From Octopus bimaculoides (lineage: Eukaryota), in NCBI RefSeq assembly GCF_001194135.2, contig NC_068991.1, positions 25,549,695 through 25,613,467 of the forward strand: a stretch of 63,773 bases of DNA, given 5' to 3'. The notes beneath the pieces were generated by a model. It was not told the origin of the DNA, searched no databases, and saw only the letters and a program-made list of their open reading frames with translations. A program made the position numbers and the translations under genes. Shown here piece by piece: positions 24,501 through 37,210 of the stretch (within the stretch, counting starts at the first letter, position 1; every line of letters starts with the position of its first letter).

Positions 24501-25546
24501 CAAATTCCAGAATTAGACGTACTAGAAACAAGCACAGAAAAAGCTAAGCGTATGAAAACCCGTGCTAAAACGGCTGCCTTAGATATTTTTACTGATAATT
24601 GACAAGAAAAACCTCTCAATAGCAAATACCTGAAGAGAGCTAATAGTGCCGCTGTTGACAAATCTCTTACCCATCAATGGTTATTGTCTTCTGGCTCAAA
24701 ATCAGAAACAAACGGTTTATCATAACAGCCCAAGATCAATGCCCACCTACAAGAAACTACCAGGCCAACATATTGAAGAAAAGTAGCTGCCCAATATGTC
24801 GTGTATGTCGACAACAAAATGAAACCATTGATCATATCTCCATGTGCAGTCTTCTTGCGCCTTCAGATTATCTCAACAGGCATGATATAACAGCACAATA
24901 TATTCACTGGGTGATTTTAAAAAATCTGGACCTGCCCCACAGTAAAAACTAGTGGGAAGACAAACCACCTCCAGTGCTTGAAAATGATCTCATCTCACTC
25001 CTCTGGAACTTCACCATTAAAACTGACAGAAAGATAGATGTGAATAGGCCAGACATTATATTGAAAGACTTCAGACAAAAATTATGCCTTCTCATTGATA
25101 TGAACGTCGCAATCGGTATAAATGTATCTGTCAAGACCTACCAAAAACTGAGCAAGTATAAATATCTTGATATAGAAATTGGCAAAATGTGCAGCCTCAA
25201 GACTAAAACAATACCTATCGTCATAGGTGTCCTAGGAATGATAGCAAAGGGGGCTGATTGCTTCCTACCTCAGATACCAGGAAAACCCAAAATAGCAGAA
25301 ACTCTAAATGCTCATGGGAACTGCCCATATCCTACGTAAAATACTGTCTATGTAATCTCAAAATTTAAAACAAACTCATAATTTTCTTGTTTTCTTAAAC
25401 ATTCTCTAGAATATTATGTAAAAAAAAACCCAAATATATGATACTCTAGACATAACACCAACATGAACTTCTAACTTTTTGTGTCTTGTGCTTTCTGGGT
25501 GAGACTTGCGGACAACTTGTACAAATACAAATCAAAAGTCAAACAT
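21538..25546 (+). mobile_element. Near-full-length, inactivated R4/Dong-clade non-LTR retrotransposon (single ORF: N-terminal block, RT, CCHC zinc knuckle, restriction-like endonuclease; ~190-nt 3' UTR; (TAA)n tail)
   Basis: N-terminal KWSRGDNKEVLTAFY..YIDSNKLANVRRNI; RT motifs WKSPGKDK (~23100), PKNYGPI, RGSYGCKDQLLINKMI, KKSFDRLPHSWI, IFQGDSLSTLLF (~23690), MDDLKLFAK (~23810); CRVCRQQNETIDHI (~24800); NRPDIILKD..LIDM..K..KY (~25045-25160); terminal LMGTAHILRKILSM* (~25354). Many stops and frameshifts. Confidence 0.92.
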
Positions 25547-25567
25547 ATAATAATGATAATAATAATA

Positions 25568-25649
<82 letters not shown>

Positions 25650-25705
25650 CAACAACAGCAACAACAACAATAATAATGATTATAGTAGTAGTAATAACTA
25701 TAATA
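25547..25705. repeat. (AAT)n/(AAC)n/(AGT)n tail tract
   Basis: Directly visible; immediately follows the LINE 3' UTR. Confidence 0.95.
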
Positions 25706-25875
25706 ATAGTGGATAGAGGAAATAGGCCTAAAACGCAGTTTAGTACAGCTCCAGAAAACAGTGTAATTAGGGACAGCTAGGACACTTAGGAGCGTTCTTG
25801 GCGTCTAAGTTTACTTGTAGCCCGATGCTAGGCATTTTTCTTTTCCAACAGTCTAATCTGTTATGTGTATATGAA

Positions 25876-25980
25876 CAACAGCAAAAACAACAACAACGAC
25901 GACGACGACAAAAACAACAATAACAGCAAGAACAACAACGACAAAAACAACAACAAGAACAACAACAATAATAATAAACA
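25876..25980. repeat. (AAC)n/(GAC)n/(AAT)n degenerate tract
   Basis: Directly visible. Confidence 0.9.
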
Positions 25981-25989
25981 CTTGATATT

Positions 25990-26760
25990 CAATGAATAAC
26001 CACTTGTTATTCATGGATAACCTCTAGCTTTATGGTAAAGATGAATCCTAAATCCGTTCCCTCGTTCATATGGTGTATACTTTCAGTGCTGATATTAGAA
26101 TGAAGTTCGGACTGAAAAACGGTGGTGCGTTAATCTTAAAGAGAGGCAAAATCAAATGTATGGACAGGCTAGCGATACTGTCTGAGAAGGTTATGAAGCA
26201 GAGAGAAGAGATGGGCTATAAGTACTAGGAGATATTGGAAATGGATAAATTGATGGAGAAAGAAATGACAAAAAATTTAAGGTGGAGTACTTGAGCAGAT
26301 CCTATTGATCCTATTGATCCTTAAGTCGAAATTAAATGGACGGAATAAGATTGAAGGTATCAACACCTGGGTGGTTTCATTCTTTAGATATGGAGCAGGA
26401 GTAATCGCATGGATAGTAGACGAACTAAACAGCTTAGACAGAAAGACAAGGAAGTTACTGACTAGATATGGGATACCCCGCCCAAAAATGTGATACAGAC
26501 AAACTGTATGTACCAAAAATAAGAGGGGAAAGAGGACTGATTGGATGCGAACATAGCATTAGAACAGAAGAAAACAACATAGCATGGTATGTAATATATG
26601 CTACAGTACCACTATTATTGGAAGTGAGAGGGTTAGGCTTGTGTAGGATGGAATATTGCAAAGATAATGAACTGTACAAGCACTAGAGAATGGATGAAGC
26701 TGAAAATAGGTGGAATGCATGGACAGAGAAAAAAGATGGTTGACTAAAAGTGATTTAAAA
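25990..26760 (+). mobile_element. Internal RT fragment of a second, divergent R4/Dong-like family
   Basis: NHLLFMDNL*LYGK..FSADIRMKFGL..LILKSKLNGRNKIEGINTWVVSFFRYGAG..LDRKTRKLLT..DKLYVPKIRGERGLI..WNAWTEK/RWLTKSDLK. Homologous to, but clearly different from, 23800-24700. Flanked by AAT-type repeats. Confidence 0.85.
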
Positions 26761-26765
26761 TGATG

Positions 26766-26804
<39 letters not shown>

Positions 26805-26807
26805 GTA

Positions 26808-26845
<38 letters not shown>
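26761..26845. repeat. Head-to-head (AAT)n then (ATT)n inverted microsatellite
   Basis: Directly visible strand switch at 'aatagtaatt'. Confidence 0.95.
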
Positions 26846-26846
<1 letters not shown>

Positions 26847-27639
26847 TTCTTTGTACTTTCTTATTTGCTTGAAATGCTCGATATTTCTCTCTGATCGATA
26901 GATTTTCATCCATATATATAGTACCTTCAAAAGTACATATTAAAAGTACATGACGGCGGAGTAATTGAAGTAACACCTCAGTTCAGTTAGAGAAAAGCAA
27001 GCCAGATTAAACATTTATTAATACGATACACAACGTCCGTGAACCGAGGTAAGGTTAATGATGACGACAGTAATTTTTACCTTGTGTAGACTGTCACAAA
27101 TGGTGGAGAATTTGTGTCAAAACGCTTCAGTCATCCATGATTGTTGAACAGCAATTCATTTATTCACAGCTAGAGGGGAAAACTGAGAAAATTGTCTTTG
27201 GTAGCGTTTCATTCCAGAACATAAGGAAATGAAAGTAAACACTAGAAGACATTTTCACTGACGCTTCTACAGATTCTGTTATACAACAAATCAATCGTAC
27301 GTCGTTGTTAAAAGTTCATGGGAAAATACTCTGTGTTATTTATTCTGACTCCTTATGTTCTAAGTTCTAACCCCCCGAGGCCAGCTTTGCCTTTTACCAT
27401 TTTGGAGTCGATGAAATAAAGAATCTGTCTATTACAAACGTCGATAGTAAAGCGTTGGAGAGCAATACAAGTAATAACAAGAAAAACAGGCCCTAGAATA
27501 TACTATTTCAGGCGCATCATCGGTTGCAGCTCGAAGGGCGGTGTAAGTGATCATTTCTTCCGCAGTGACAGGAGTAGATAATACGATGCTAATGGTTCGT
27601 TTTCAGTAGAAACTTTATATTGTCTTAAGACGATCAGTG

Positions 27640-28385
27640 GCGAATAGCGACTGAAGGCAAGTCACGTAAGAGGAAAGGCATGAGGCACGTAAGAGGAAAG
27701 GCTCCAGTTCGAAGGCATTTGAGAGACATATATGAGCGACCACTTCACTCCTGAATGATAAGTGGCCTATGACTCTATTACCGAAAAGTGCCTGATGGAT
27801 CTTCTGGGCAACGTGTAGAGACAGTAAGTGGGATATAAGCTAAAGAAAGCTGAGAAAGAACAAAAAAAAAAATGGAAGATGGGAGGAGTCACGGTGATAT
27901 TTGGTCCAAAATGGCTACTCCATACCAATATACAAAGCCCAATATACCCAACATGATTACACGTCTGATTACACCAGGCACATGCATCAAAGACATATGT
28001 GCGCATCGTAGTTAACGCATACCAAGACAAACGGTTAGAATTGTTTTCACGGCGCGTAGCCAATCCCCCTGAAAAGGTACCTGAATATGTATTGTTTAAG
28101 AATGATGAACGAAGCGCCATATTTCCAGAAGTGAATTATTAAAACTCCAAAGAATTCCTCTCAACACATTGCCATGATGCACACCCACTACTCCTTCTCG
28201 GGATCAGAGATGCACATATTGTCATTCACTAAGTGACATGCTCAACTGGTTAAGGTCAAGCAACTGACAAACAAATCAGCGGTATTGAGCAGAATATTCG
28301 CTGTAGCCAATCTTTTACACTAGGACAAATGTACATGTTAACATTTCCAATCAGTTAACATCAGATGCCATGCAATTCACTGTCA
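27640..28385 (+). mobile_element. Probable old RTE-like LINE 3' remnant plus UTR
   Basis: Broken frames give TKPNIPNMITRL..(H)MC..RIPRQ, echoing the RTE C-terminal pattern (..GH..RM...RIP.Q). 28150-28385 looks like a repeat UTR I recognise but cannot verify. Confidence 0.4.
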
Positions 28386-29859
28386 CGTAATGGTGGTGGT
28401 GGTAATGGTGGTGGTGGTAATGGTGGTAGTAGTAGTAGTAGCTATAGTAGTAGTCATAGCCATTATCTTTGATTTAAAAGGAACATAGAAGCTGTGTAGT
28501 GACATCATCGTTGAATATTCCTCAAGCTAGATCGTGTTCTTGTAATTCTGTTTACCAACATAAACGATTATGTTGACGTAAATTAGGTTGAATCTTTTAA
28601 ACTCGTCAAGAGCTCCCGAAACTTTCAGGTATTGTGTATTTAGCTGAAGAGGTTATTGTCCATTTACCTTTTAAACCAAAATGTTTATATTTTAAACTTG
28701 CTTTCAAATGTAGACAATATCTAATAATAATTCATGAGGCGCGTACACAAGAGTGAGAATCCAAACACTGCCGTATCTATTTATTCTCAATATATCTGGC
28801 AGATTCAAACGTGAATATCTAATCGCTGTTTGTCCTTGTTATCGGATAATATTTCTTCTCTTTAGATGATGCCTCTAAATAACAAAAGAGATTCACTAGA
28901 GTTGGGGAATTTGGGAACATTTTGTGTGTCTCCTCAGTCAAAACTACTGATGATGTCATAATTTTCTATAAATGGTGAAAGATGGGAGAATCAGTACAGC
29001 AAAATACAAAATGTCTTTCGGTATTCTATCGTTGAGCTCTTTTGTGTTTTCATATTAAATATTCAACTAAGATGACTTTATAATATCACCGTTCAGGGAT
29101 CGATAAATATAAAGAATGAGTGATGTACTGGAGTCGATATAATTGTCTATTGCCCTTCCCCGAAATAAATAGCCTTTCTTAGGAATACTATGTTGGAAGC
29201 CATTATTGCTTATGTCTAATATAATGTGATTACGCTGATAAATGCTCTTTTCCTGCTATACCATTAGAAAATTCAATATCCAGAAAGTAGTTTCTTTGTT
29301 TGAATTCTGTGTATTGTTTTTTTTTATTTATATAGTCTATGATTTTTAGATATCTTTTAGACAAAGTATCGTTTCTCTGAAATCAACGTAATTCTCATTT
29401 GTATATATTACATGACTAAAATATACCGAACAGCCTAAAGGATTGTATTGATCAAATTCTACTAAGAAGTGGGAAAAATAAATCATTTATACGTTCAATT
29501 TCTTGCTATATTGCACTAGAACGGAAATATAACAAAACATTCAATAGCCCCTTTGGGTATGGAACTTGAAAAGAGATCAATATGCCAACTATGCGATGTT
29601 TTAAAGTAGTAAGTACTTTAAATATATTTGATAGTCAATGAACGTAGCAGCAATAATTGCTCACAAAATAGCTCTGGTATATTTTCTCTTCCGATGATAA
29701 AATAAACATGTCTCATAGATACATACATCAAAGATGAAATAGATATGACAGTCTAATAACATCGCTATATATTTCAGATGATTTGCAGTAATTTTACATT
29801 ATACGAACGCCGACAGGCTAGTTGTAAATTTGTACGCAATAAATGGCTGTGTGGTAAAG

Positions 29860-29995
29860 GAATTCACGTTGCAATAACGTTGTTCGGGGTTCGATATCAC
29901 TGCGAGGCATCAGAACTTTTAGTAAATGTCTTCAACTTAACAAATGGTTTATGGGCAGAAATTGGTGTGTGGAAATAACGAAATTTCATAGCATA
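29860..29995 (+). mobile_element. SINE family B head, decayed
   Basis: 'gctgtgtggtaaaggaattcacgttgcaataacg...ggggttcgatatcactgcgaggcatc...ggaaataacgaaa' followed by TA/TATG repeats. Confidence 0.65.
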
Positions 29996-30234
29996 TGTAT
30001 GTATGTATGTATTATGAACGTATATATANNNNNNNNNNNNNNNNNNNNNNTATTCACTTGTAGAATTGGAACCGGTCACTACCCATTAGCAAAGTGATGA
30101 GGCTTTTTGTTTGAGTCAAAGCTGTTCGTGGGATCTGTGAATGAGTTAATGTGATTGATTTTCCATTCATATACTGAACGTATATGTTGATATAATACTC
30201 CGGTTTGTGAGTGTGTGCGTGTCCGTGCGTAAGT

Positions 30235-30273
<39 letters not shown>

Positions 30274-32635
30274 TGTGTGTGTGTGTGTGTGTGTGCTTCA
30301 TCACCATTTATGGTTATGTTTTTACGCGATATGAACATGCATGTATCTAAATTTTCCCGTAAATCAGCATCTTTGTTATGGTTTCCCAGTTGTCGGTTTC
30401 CTGTCACCTAATAATATTTGGAAAATTCAAATTCTTCTTTTCTTTTCCTGAATATACCGGTATTTATTAGGCTTTTATGCAAATCTTTTGTCACATTCGC
30501 AGTGTATGTATGATTGTAGGTATGGGGGAAAGTCTAAAAGCTCGAGATATGAGTACTGCACATTTTTCATAGTCTCACCACAGATATTTTCTTTTCTGAA
30601 ATTTTAGACGAAGTATTCACGTAGAACTTATTATATGTGTATCAGTCGTGGGAAGGGACTAAGTCGGGGACACTTTTTGGATAGCTGCTGATAATGTGTG
30701 AGTTACCTTGTACTCTGACATACCACAATTGACGTTTCCTATAAGAAGGGAAATGTTTAGAGACATCATTATCTGTTGGCAGATATCAGTACGTATCACA
30801 AAACAATTTTACTCCCTGAATTTATAAACGATATCCGCTCTTGTTCGATTCAGGTGTCCGCAGTTGCTCTTGGCAGACAAAACAACGATGTCGAAATTCC
30901 AGCTGTCACAGAATCCCTTGTAAAATGAATTCAGTTCGTTATGCTTACATATTTGTCGAAAAGGGGTATATTTTTCTTTGTCAGAATTTATTAAGAATAA
31001 ATATGGCTAGTTATTGCTTACTTCTTTTATTGTTCAGGAATACATAAGCCATCTCCTGTTCCTTTTTTAAGTTCTTCATACTAATATTTGATTTACAAAT
31101 AGCTAGTATGTGTCTGAGAAGTGACACTAGTTCTATCTCAGTGATATGGTCTTTACTTTGCTCATCTTTCTTATGCCTGCGATATGCTCGTGGCAATTTT
31201 CTATTGGGCTGCTGGCGCACATATATGCTGTGCATTTCTGGTGCAAGATTTTGATGTATTGAGCAGCATATCTCTTCTTATAGAACGTGCCTTGCAATAG
31301 GGTAACTGCTTAACACGGAAATCTCAGAAACTGGGGTAATTTACATTGCTGTACATAGTTCCACTATTCCACATGCCCGATCCAGTGATGTATTTTATAC
31401 TTTTTATAGAAATGACAGTTTTTGATTAAATTCAAATGTTCACTGGAACCTACTTCATGGTTCCGTGACCAGCGATAACCGACCCAAATTTCCTGTCTTG
31501 CCAGAGCATATGTCGTGGTGATGCACATGTTTTTATCAGTTTACATTTACTACTTTATTACTGCTGCGAAATTCTCATAAAAAAGGCGCTTCTTCAGTAT
31601 TTATCTAAAGATAAGAAGTTTTCTGTACCAGATTTGAATTAATGGCAAAAGTTTAAGGAGGTGGCATGTATTGCACGGCTAAATGAATAGCTCCCTTATG
31701 TCAAGGAGACTGACTTCGACACCATGATTAAGCATATAAAATGTATGTATATACATATATCTTACATAAACACACTTATGCAGATATATATATATATATA
31801 TACAGATACATCAGTGTGTATGGTATATATGTATGTATATATGTATATATATNNNNNNNNNNNNNNNNNNNNNNNNNNNNNNNNNNNNNNNNNNNNNNNN
31901 NNNNNNNNNNNNNNNNNNNNNNNNNNNNNNNNNNNNNNNNNNNNNNNNNNNNNNNNNNNNNNNNNNNNNNNNNNNNNNNNNNNNNNNNNNNNNNNNNNNN
32001 NNNNNNNNNNNNNNNNNNNNNNNNNNNNNNNNNNNNNNNNNNNNNNNNNNNATCCCTCGGTATTTATCTTGACCGAATTATACAGACATGACTTTGTCAG
32101 TTCTTGCCATCAGGAATGCAATGAACCAGTGATTGGCCGGTTGGCGACCTGCAACAGGCAAAGTTATTGTTCAGAAACTGCCTCTTATAAATAAACAGAA
32201 GAATTGGACGAGTTTACGATGCTGATTTACTCCGCTTACTTTCATACATGCAATATTCGGTCGTTGTCAATAAAGTGGAGAAAAGTCTACTCATTTATCA
32301 TACAGCCACCCACCTCAAAACTTTACCTCAAAACGAATGCGTTTGTGCTTCCAACTGGCAAATGCACATTCTTAGACGTTTTAAACTTTCGTTGTTTTCA
32401 CTTTGTTATACCCATTTTTCGAAGAATTATTTTGTACAAACTATTTCGGCTGCATTGCGTATACCTTCAGATGTTCAATTTCTATTTAGACACACATATC
32501 TTAATAACTGTTTAACTCAGAAGTGTGGTGTATAATTTGATATGGTTGACAAAATAACTCATAGATTATCATGTATTATAATTTAATCGAAATGAGTATC
32601 GAAATGCATACTCAAGTCGAGATAAAGAATAAAAT

Positions 32636-32636
<1 letters not shown>

Positions 32637-32723
<87 letters not shown>

Positions 32724-32754
32724 CCTATTCTATCAATCTCTCTGTCTGTCAGCC

Positions 32755-32799
<45 letters not shown>

Positions 32800-32810
32800 G
32801 CCTGTTGAAC
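32637..32810. repeat. (TCTA)n to (TCTG)n compound microsatellite
   Basis: Directly visible. Confidence 0.97.
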
Positions 32811-33754
32811 TATCTGTCCGTCTGTCAGTATATCTATTGTATATCCATTTATGTGTGTGTAAATATATGTATATATTTATACACATGCATCTCGCTCTCC
32901 CTTTCTCCCTCCCTCTTTCTCCCTGTCTCTTTCTCCCTCTCTTTCTGTCTCTCACTCTCTCTCTATATATGTAGCTGAATGAATTACATGTATGTGTGTG
33001 TGCATGTATGTGTGTGTGTATGTACACATACATGTGTATGTATACAACTAGACACACACATACAATAGTAAGAGAAATGGAAAAAGATCACTACTGAATG
33101 TACCTGTGGAGATATTTTGTTGATTACTGCAGAGGAAATGGGAAATCGTTACAGAGTGTTCTTCTGTTTGTCACTTTCCTTTAAATTCCGTTACATAAAT
33201 TCATTCTCTTCCATGACATTCTACGAAACAAATACAAGAAGCTTTTCGATAAACGTTATACCAATATGTAAATTCAGTTGTTAAACACCAGGCAATGCTG
33301 TTCAGACAACTAAAGAACTGACATTTCTAAGATATATTACTGTAGATACAATACTCACGCTGTAAAGGATAGTTCCTGTGATCTCACAAATATAGAAAAC
33401 GTTCTACGACACAATATACCTTCTCCACTATAAAGAAAAATAAACAATTATACGAAGATCACACACGTGCGCACCAACACTCATCTTCGCAAAATACGCA
33501 CGCACGCGTACACACATACACAAACACACGCACAAACGCACACACACACAAACGCACACACACAGAAACACACACACACACATACACACACATGTACACT
33601 GATACATATAGCACATGCGAAATATATGATCGTGTAAGTGGGTGTAAATGTTATATATAACTGGTTTCTGTAAATGTACGATCTATATCAGACTTTAGTT
33701 ATGGCCTGCTATTATTCTGACGATTTATTGTTGCTATCATCATCATCATCATCA

Positions 33755-33815
<61 letters not shown>

Positions 33816-33819
<4 letters not shown>

Positions 33820-34382
33820 TAGTTTTATTTTTATAACGTACTTTCACTTCACTACCGAGCGCAGCTCTGTGCGCCTTGGGTATGTGCTGTGGTTTGCTGT
33901 GGTGATCTTATGTTTACTGTATTGAAAGTGTTTTGCGTAGAATGTGTGCAGTACCCAGTAGTGCAATTTTCTGTATGTTATATATATTTGTAAGTCCTGG
34001 TGTTTTTGTTATGTATTTGTCTGAATATTTTTTTATTATACCTAAGGCACCTACTATGATAGGAATTGTTTCTNNNNNNNNNNNNNNNNNNNNNNNNNNN
34101 NNNNNNNNNNNNNNNNNNNNNNNNNNNNNNNNNNNNNNNNNNNNNNNNNNNNNNNNNNNNNNNNNNNNNNNNNNNNNNNNNNNNNNNNNNNNNNNNNNNN
34201 NNNNNNTCCTTCATGATCTTTGACAACTATATCTGGTCTATTTGCCTTAATTTCTCTATCTGTGTGTATTGGCATATCCCAGAGTATGGTTGCTTTCTCG
34301 TTTTCTGTGACCTTTTCTGGCGTGTGTTTATACCATCTTTTTTCTGTTGCTATTCCATAATGTTGGCATAGCTTCCAGTGTA

Positions 34383-34384
<2 letters not shown>
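33816..34384 (-). mobile_element. Young 5'-truncated R4/Dong LINE (RLE domain + 3' UTR) inserted within (TAA)n
   Basis: Uninterrupted IHWKLCQHYGIATEKRWYKHTPEKVTENEKATILWDMPIHTDREIKANRPDIVVKDHEG-[gap]-ETIPIIVGALGIIKKYSDKYITKTPGLTNIYNIQKIALLGTAHILRKTLSIQ*. (AAT)n on both sides (33735-33815, 34385-34452). Confidence 0.92.
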
Positions 34385-34451
<67 letters not shown>

Positions 34452-34594
34452 CATAACACGAACAAAGAATGTTAATGATATATAGACAACCACACAGACA
34501 TCACTCACAGCGATTTCATCAAACCAACAAACAATACACTGACATACACAAAAATCATACAATCAGACAAAACACGAAAATCCATCAAAACCAA

Positions 34595-35620
34595 ATATTA
34601 TGTTGGAATGGGGAATTTCGGAAAAAAGGTTTCTTCAGACTTTTAGATGTTTTCTTTGGAATATCTCGACCATTTGTACTAGTGGGTAACTGGAGCACCA
34701 TTTAAATTGTGTGAGGATAGATGTGTGAACAGGAGGGGGCAAAATACTCACAAACCTGCTCAGACAAGATTTCCCAAATGTGCCACTGCAGACTAATAGG
34801 AACTTCATCGGGTATCAAAGTTGTATCTAAATAGAGTATTCTGTAGGCCAGTAGATACGGATATCATAAGTTATTCCCCCTTTAAATTCGTGGGCTATAC
34901 AGACCGCAGATTTGTGATCTTTAGGGTCGACCTAAATAAGTTTCGTACGCAGGTATCCAGTTAGTGACAGCTGAATACGCCAGACCCGGCGTTCCAGGAT
35001 TACAAAGACGAGATTAGCGAAGCAGTTAAGCGAGCGTTGATGGGGGTTAAACGTCAACAACAAATGGTGGTTTACTCTGAAAAGGGCGATTAGAGTAGAG
35101 TCGATTAGGTTTAGTAATATACTAACGATAGAAAGATATAAAATAGAAAGAAACGTAATTGGAAACTTAGGAGAAACGCTTAGGAAAGCATCGCATCCGA
35201 CGTGTTCGCAGCGAGATTGGCCCTTGACCAATTCTTCAACTCTAAGCACCAAAATTACATTGTCAGAGCTAAGGCTCTTCTTCCAAGATATGGAGGAAAG
35301 AAAACCTCTTGATGGGCCCGAGTGACGGATGCGTAACGTGTCAACAAAGCCACAGTGTAATCGTTGGAAAGCCAAAAAGGGTGCATTTTGCTCATGCCGG
35401 AACACATGTGCGCGATATTTCAGCAACATTTCACTCAAATGTTTGGGACGAATAGTAAACCGGACCGCAGCATGGACTTCAATGCCTAGCTCGACAGCGT
35501 AGCAAATTCCTCAGAAAGGGAAGCAGAGCGTTCGGAAGGCGAATAACAGCCGCCAAAATACAGAATGTGGGGGATGAGCTAAACGGAGTTAAATCGCCTG
35601 TTTGAATGGTGCTGACAGGT
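34595..35620 (+). mobile_element. Tx1/L1-clade ORF2 fragment: APE endonuclease C-half plus linker up to the start of RT
   Basis: FFRLLDVFFGISRPFVLVGNWS (GDFN-like motif), LNRVFCR (LDR), GYTDRRFV (SDH-like), QLN (WKLN), NNKWWFTLKRAIRVES.., ITAAKIQNV..GVKSP (KSPG motif). Multiple stops and frameshifts. Confidence 0.75.
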
Positions 35621-36039
35621 GAGCATACACCCGAACTACCGAGTAGATATCGCTGTTCATTGCAGCAATTCAGCCACTGAAAATGGAAAGTGGAGCCGTT
35701 ATAGTGAGGTACCAAGTTCTACTTAAGGCTTTTTACTCGGAGGGGTGGAGGAGAAGCAGAAGCAGTTGCAAACCAGAGGGTAAGGTGATGAACAGAAGAA
35801 ATGCGAAGTCGTCTCAAGCCTCTGCTACTCCCTTCAACTAGGAGGATTATTGCATGTAGAAGGACCGCCTGACTGGAGAATTTCGTGTTTCCATTAGAAG
35901 CTAAAGGGCAGGCCTTCAAAATTAACAAAAAATGGGGCTGGCACGATGTTCAGATGGTAACAAATGCATTTATATGTGTGTGTGTGTGTTTGTGTGTGTA
36001 TGTACGTACGTACGTGCGTGTATATATATATATACATAT

Positions 36040-36335
36040 CATTTGCTCGGGAAATTAACGTGCAAGTGGCTGAGCACTCCACAGACACGTATACCCTTAA
36101 CGTACTTCTCGGAGAGATTCATCGTGACACAGAGTGTGACAAGACGAGCACTTTAAAATACAGGCACAAAAGAAACAGTGAGAGTAAATTGTGGTGAAAG
36201 AGTACACCAGGGTTCTGCACCACCCCCTGCCGGAGCCTCGTGGTGCTTTAGGTGTTTTCGCTCATTAAACATTCACAACGCCCGGTCTGGGAATCGAAAC
36301 CGCTGCCCTAACCACTGGGCCGTGGCGCTTCTACT
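36040..36335 (-). mobile_element. SINE with family C body but a different tRNA-like head
   Basis: 36050-36160 matches 59760-59880. The head '...ggtctgggaatcgaaaccgctgccctaaccactgggcc' differs from that at 59900-60017. Confidence 0.8.
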
Positions 36336-37059
36336 TATATATATGTATACACACACACAAAAAGACGTCTATCTATGAAGCTGATGACATCTTCATTGGC
36401 AACCTTGCACTATCTTTTGCAATTAGTTCATCTCAACACATTCCTATGTAAGATAGGCAACCCTGATCAAAATTACATCTCATTTTCTATCCATCTGAAA
36501 CCTCTTCCTTTAGCTAATGTAAACCTCAAGCCTCTTAACAGAAACTTCATTCCGCTGAACCAGGATCGTGAACCACGTAGATTTAACTTACTCAGAGCTA
36601 ATTGGCATGAGCATAGATTTGTTCTGGGTAATGAGTACTCCTGTCAACGACGCGTAACAAGAGTAGCCATTCCATGGTGTTAGCCACTGTGATTTCTGTG
36701 GTGGCCGAAATCACAACATTTTAAGCCTTTTATGTATGTTGACTAAAACCCTATACATCCCAGTTCGTACCCTCAACCACTATTCTTGGAGGATCCCCTT
36801 CCCCTCAAATATATAACATCAGTCATTATTACGATATTTCAAATATATTCAGCAGCGTATTTCGAAAAGAAGTTTGGGCAGTAAGATTTATACAAAATTA
36901 GCATTTTCTCCATGTGTCTCCCAGACCATTTTCATATAATTAATGTTTATCTTAGGTAAGTATTGTTGAGTGTTACCATAATTACACACTGACCCCAATT
37001 GATGATTGCAATAAGGAATCCTTGGAAAAGCATATTTCTCCGGCTCTATTTTTGGTCGC

Positions 37060-37210
37060 CTCTTCATGGAACCAATCATCGTACAGCACATTTCATTCAC
37101 AAAACGTTTTGTTCGTCTGACGCTATAGAAGAAAGTACTTTCCTAATTGACACAGTGGGATTGAACCAGATATTTGAAAACCTCCATCTGTTTAGTTACC
37201 ATCCTTGGCT
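37060..37210 (-). mobile_element. SINE family B head, decayed
   Basis: Reverse complement 'ggttcaatcccactgtgtcaattaggaaagtactttcttctatagcgtcagacgaacaaaacgttttgtgaatg'. Confidence 0.65.

Noticed and set aside
22012-25134. Minus-strand ORFs of 60-170 aa (22012, 22652, 23439, 24296, 24949)
   Set aside because: Antisense frames of the Dong element; the recognisable motifs are all on the + strand.
30854-32194. Cys-containing frames at 30854-30965 and 32080-32194, and the 74-aa ORF at 31011-31235
   Set aside because: No recognisable cysteine spacing and no convincing paired splice sites.
34932-35928. 168-aa, 78-aa and 69-aa minus-strand ORFs
   Set aside because: The 168-aa ORF is antisense to the Tx1/L1 ORF2 fragment. 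The portion beyond ~35620 could not be assigned and was left unannotated.
36888-37100. ORF with RIPY resembling a Penelope linker
   Set aside because: Its start overlaps a SINE B head and the similarity is only a few residues.
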